Below, piece by piece: positions 52,515-55,352 of a stretch of 55,352 nucleotides of DNA. The stretch is from an uncultured Bacilli bacterium (lineage in GTDB: Bacteria > Bacillota_I > Bacilli_A > RF39 > UBA660). The notes beneath the pieces were generated by a model that had not been told where the DNA came from, made no database searches, and worked only from the letters and a program-made list of their open reading frames with translations. Position 1 is the stretch's first letter; the number at the start of each line of letters is the position of its first letter. The translations under genes and the position numbers were made by a program. Location of the stretch: assembly GCA_944358405.1 (NCBI GenBank), contig CALVQX010000030.1, forward strand, positions 1-55,352, given 5' to 3'.

Positions 52515-53398
52515 GTGCTAGATAAAATCAATCAATTATATCAAAAATTATTTCCTTTTGTGATAGGAGAAGGAATGAATTTAACATCGATACCTTATTT
52601 GAATCTATATTTTTATGAGACAGGGAAAAAGTAGAATTAAAAGCATCATCTAGTCCTATTATATATATTATAATTCATGGCAGTATTCATTTAACGTTGG
52701 ATAAAGAAGTAAAGAAATATTCTCAAGGGACATACTTTTTTACAGAAATAGAAAGCCCTCTTACAGTGCAAGTGGAAGATAACTCGCTTCCTTTATTATT
52801 AGCCATATAAATTACAAAAGAAGAGGTATATTCAAGTATTGTTAAATTTAGAAAAAGAAGAATTGGATGCTATTTTAAAAAGGACGGAATCTAGTGATGA
52901 TCTTCAGGAAGAAATTATAGATCTTTTCCTTCATTTATTGAATGTGAAAAAAAGTGCTTTTTTATATCAGATGATTAAGAGTGAATTTATTTATCATATT
53001 GTAACTGGCGAAAACGGGAAATCTTTTATTACCAATGTTATAAAAATGAAGGATGCAAGGTCGATGTATGAAGTGAATGAGTGGATCAAAAAGAATTTTA
53101 AGGAAGATATTTCTATTCCTAAACTAGCAGAAGAAAGTCATATGAGTGTTTCTAATTTTCATCAGAAATTTAAAAATGCAATTGGTATGGGACCATTGCA
53201 ATGTCAAAAAAACTTCGGTTAATAGAAGCAAGAAAATTAATGCTAGATCAAGATTATAAGGTAGGTGAAGCTGCTTTTCAGGTAGGATATGTGAGTTTGT
53301 CTCAATTTAATCGCGATTATAAAAAGTTATTTTCTCATTCTCCTAAAGAAGATATTAGAAAAATGAAAGAATTAATTCATGAATCTAAGAATTTGTAG
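52515..53398 (+). pseudogene. AraC-family regulator pseudogene (YqhC-like architecture)
   Basis: GTG after AGGAGG; frameshift near 52628, in-frame TAA near 52808, frameshifts near 52839 and 53210; HTH split over two ORFs. Confidence 0.85.
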
Positions 53399-53449
53399 TA
53401 TTCGAGAGTATAGAAAAAGTTGTGTAAATGGTAATTTTTACCTTCCGCA

Positions 53450-53477
53450 CGAGGCATCAAAATGATGTCTCTTTTTC
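53450..53477 (+). terminator. Terminator
   Basis: GAGGCATC/GATGTCTC followed by a T-run. Confidence 0.65.
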
Positions 53478-53759
53478 TTCATTATAACAGGTAGTAAAAT
53501 CCGATACTAAATTAAAAATTATGTGTACTATATATAACATGAATTTAAATTAGAGCTTTCCGAACAGTTCTATTATATCACTATTTTTTACTTATCAGTC
53601 ATAAAGTTGAACACAACTTTTGTTAAAAATCCTATTAATATACTAATTAAAACTAATCCCCACATTCCATATAAAATTTCAATCCCTGTTCTTTCACAGT
53701 CATATCTTAATTTTACTTTCATTTTCAAACTACCTCAACTTTCTAAAATATTATTTTTA

Positions 53760-55352
53760 TTATCTTTTCTTATTGCTAGTCTGTACTAAATCAACACTTG
53801 CTTCTGAAACCCTTCTATTTTCAATAGTTATAACTGAAGGTATATCTTCATAAACTTTCTTATCTCTTTTAAACATATCAAGAATATCATTGTAATGTGA
53901 TATAGATGATGAAATCATTTCATCCAAACTATTTGTAATTTTACCTTCATTAATAGTACATATCCCCATTTCAACTAATTCATCAATACTATCATTTTTA
54001 ATTCTAGCCATTACACCTTCTTCTAAAACTCTTTTCTCATCTTCAAGTTGAGATATTTGCTTCTTTAATTTACTTGTTTTAAAAAATCTTTTCTTTTTTT
54101 TATTTAATTCTTCATCTAATTTGGTAATTTTTTCCCTTTCTGTTTTCTCTACATGTAATTCCAACTGTTCAAGACTTTGGGAAGAAATAATATTTGAAAG
54201 TTCTTCATTATTTGCTAATGAATTACACGAATTAATTTTCATTCCTATTCTTCTTTTAAGATTATCAAATTGAAAATTAGGCATATTATCCAGTGCTTCC
54301 AAAAAAATATCTTTATTTTGAGGAGTATATAATTTAATTATTACATCAATTAAAAATTTATCCGAAAACAAAAAATTATCATCAAATGGCCTTGTTGCAT
54401 AATCTGTTGTTCGATTCATTCTAATTTGACTTAAAATATCTCTTAACAATTCAGGACTATTATTTTTCTTAAATTGTTCTATTTTATTATTTACAACCTC
54501 AAACTCATTCTTTGCAATTTTATCAAGATCTACAAAAATTAATGGAACTCCAAAATCTTTTGCTGCCTGACAAGCAACATCAAATCTTTTAGATATATGT
54601 TTTGAATAATTCGAATTTGTATTTCTTGAAAGTGGAAAAATAATATAGTCTGGTTGAATTTTATGATTATTTTCATCATATTTGGTATCAACAATTTCAT
54701 TAAATACCAAAGAAGGCGTATTATCGTCTTTTATAATTCCTGTTGACTTTAATAATAAATTAGGATTACACAAATGCTTTACATTTTTTCCTGTTTTTAA
54801 ATAAGTTCGAACAGAACCATTAACTTCCTTTGAAGCTAAATCAGCTGTTGAAGCATCATATAATTTCGTTACTCCATTATATCCAACTAATAAATGTTCT
54901 GTTGAAATAGATTCCCCTTGCCAACTAGCTATAGTAGAAAAAAGGCTATTTGAAACTAAAGATTTTGATTCAGTGGGAAAATGGTGTTCATCAACATTGT
55001 AGTAATCTTTATATGACATATCAGCACTTTTTGATCTTCCAGCATATGACATATCTTTAAGTAAAAAACTAAAATCAAATCCAGAATCTCTTATGTCTAT
55101 TCCTAAACTATTTGACAAATTATACTCTTCTAAAAAATCATTCCCTACACTTTTAAAGTTATTACAATTTGAAATTGTTTTATTATAATCAGATTTAAAT
55201 TTATTTAAAATTCGATATTTAATATTTACTTGTGGTTCAGAATAAACAGAAAAAAAACCTTGCTGTATATGAGGCTGCTGAAAAAATTTACAAAGATTAC
55301 TGTAAAATATATCAGTAATCTTTTTGTTTTGATATAATTGTATATATATAAG
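53760..55352 (-). CDS. Large hypothetical protein, 5'-truncated by the window edge
   Basis: Frame stays open for 78 codons upstream of the called TTG 55118, to the window end; C-terminal coiled coil. Confidence 0.75.
   Translation of the reverse strand, partial: LIYIQLYQNKKITDIFYSNLCKFFQQPHIQQGFFSVYSEPQVNIKYRILNKFKSDYNKTISNCNNFKSVGNDFLEEYNLSNSLGIDIRDSGFDFSFLLKDMSYAGRSKSADMSYKDYYNVDEHHFPTESKSLVSNSLFSTIASWQGESISTEHLLVGYNGVTKLYDASTADLASKEVNGSVRTYLKTGKNVKHLCNPNLLLKSTGIIKDDNTPSLVFNEIVDTKYDENNHKIQPDYIIFPLSRNTNSNYSKHISKRFDVACQAAKDFGVPLIFVDLDKIAKNEFEVVNNKIEQFKKNNSPELLRDILSQIRMNRTTDYATRPFDDNFLFSDKFLIDVIIKLYTPQNKDIFLEALDNMPNFQFDNLKRRIGMKINSCNSLANNEELSNIISSQSLEQLELHVEKTEREKITKLDEELNKKKKRFFKTSKLKKQISQLEDEKRVLEEGVMARIKNDSIDELVEMGICTINEGKITNSLDEMISSSISHYNDILDMFKRDKKVYEDIPSVITIENRRVSEASVDLVQTSNKKR

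Noticed and set aside
53502-53529. dif site near the skew change (TTATGTGTACT)
   Set aside because: Only a partial XerD-like arm; the other arm does not match.
53607-53789. 60-aa plus-strand ORF
   Set aside because: No RBS, low-information sequence, overlaps the convergent gene end.

Overview
Very AT-rich chromosomal window (standard code; TGA is used as stop) from a walled, apparently spore-forming Firmicute. The gene set (N-domain-less ClpB under CIRCE, two-gene SufCB, GlmS, sortase B, CotJ, SleC) suggests a genome-reduced gut Bacilli lineage; that assignment is inference. Ordinary content: helicase IV-like UvrD, sortase B with a vWA/Cna-B adhesin, P-type ATPase, an AlwI-family type IIS restriction-modification system, glmS with its ribozyme, tRNA-His, clpB, htpG, ABC-F and a decayed AraC gene. 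Main discovery: a 3,211-bp gene-intervening element (large serine recombinase, an uncalled 45-aa upstream ORF, FkbM methyltransferase) splits a BclA-like GXT collagen gene. It is bounded by the 10-bp direct repeat CAGTTGCTCC (38209-38218 and 41420-41429). Excision would restore an in-frame 270-aa collagen protein and create a symmetric 52-bp attP. This points to a skin-like programmed DNA rearrangement of a spore-surface gene.
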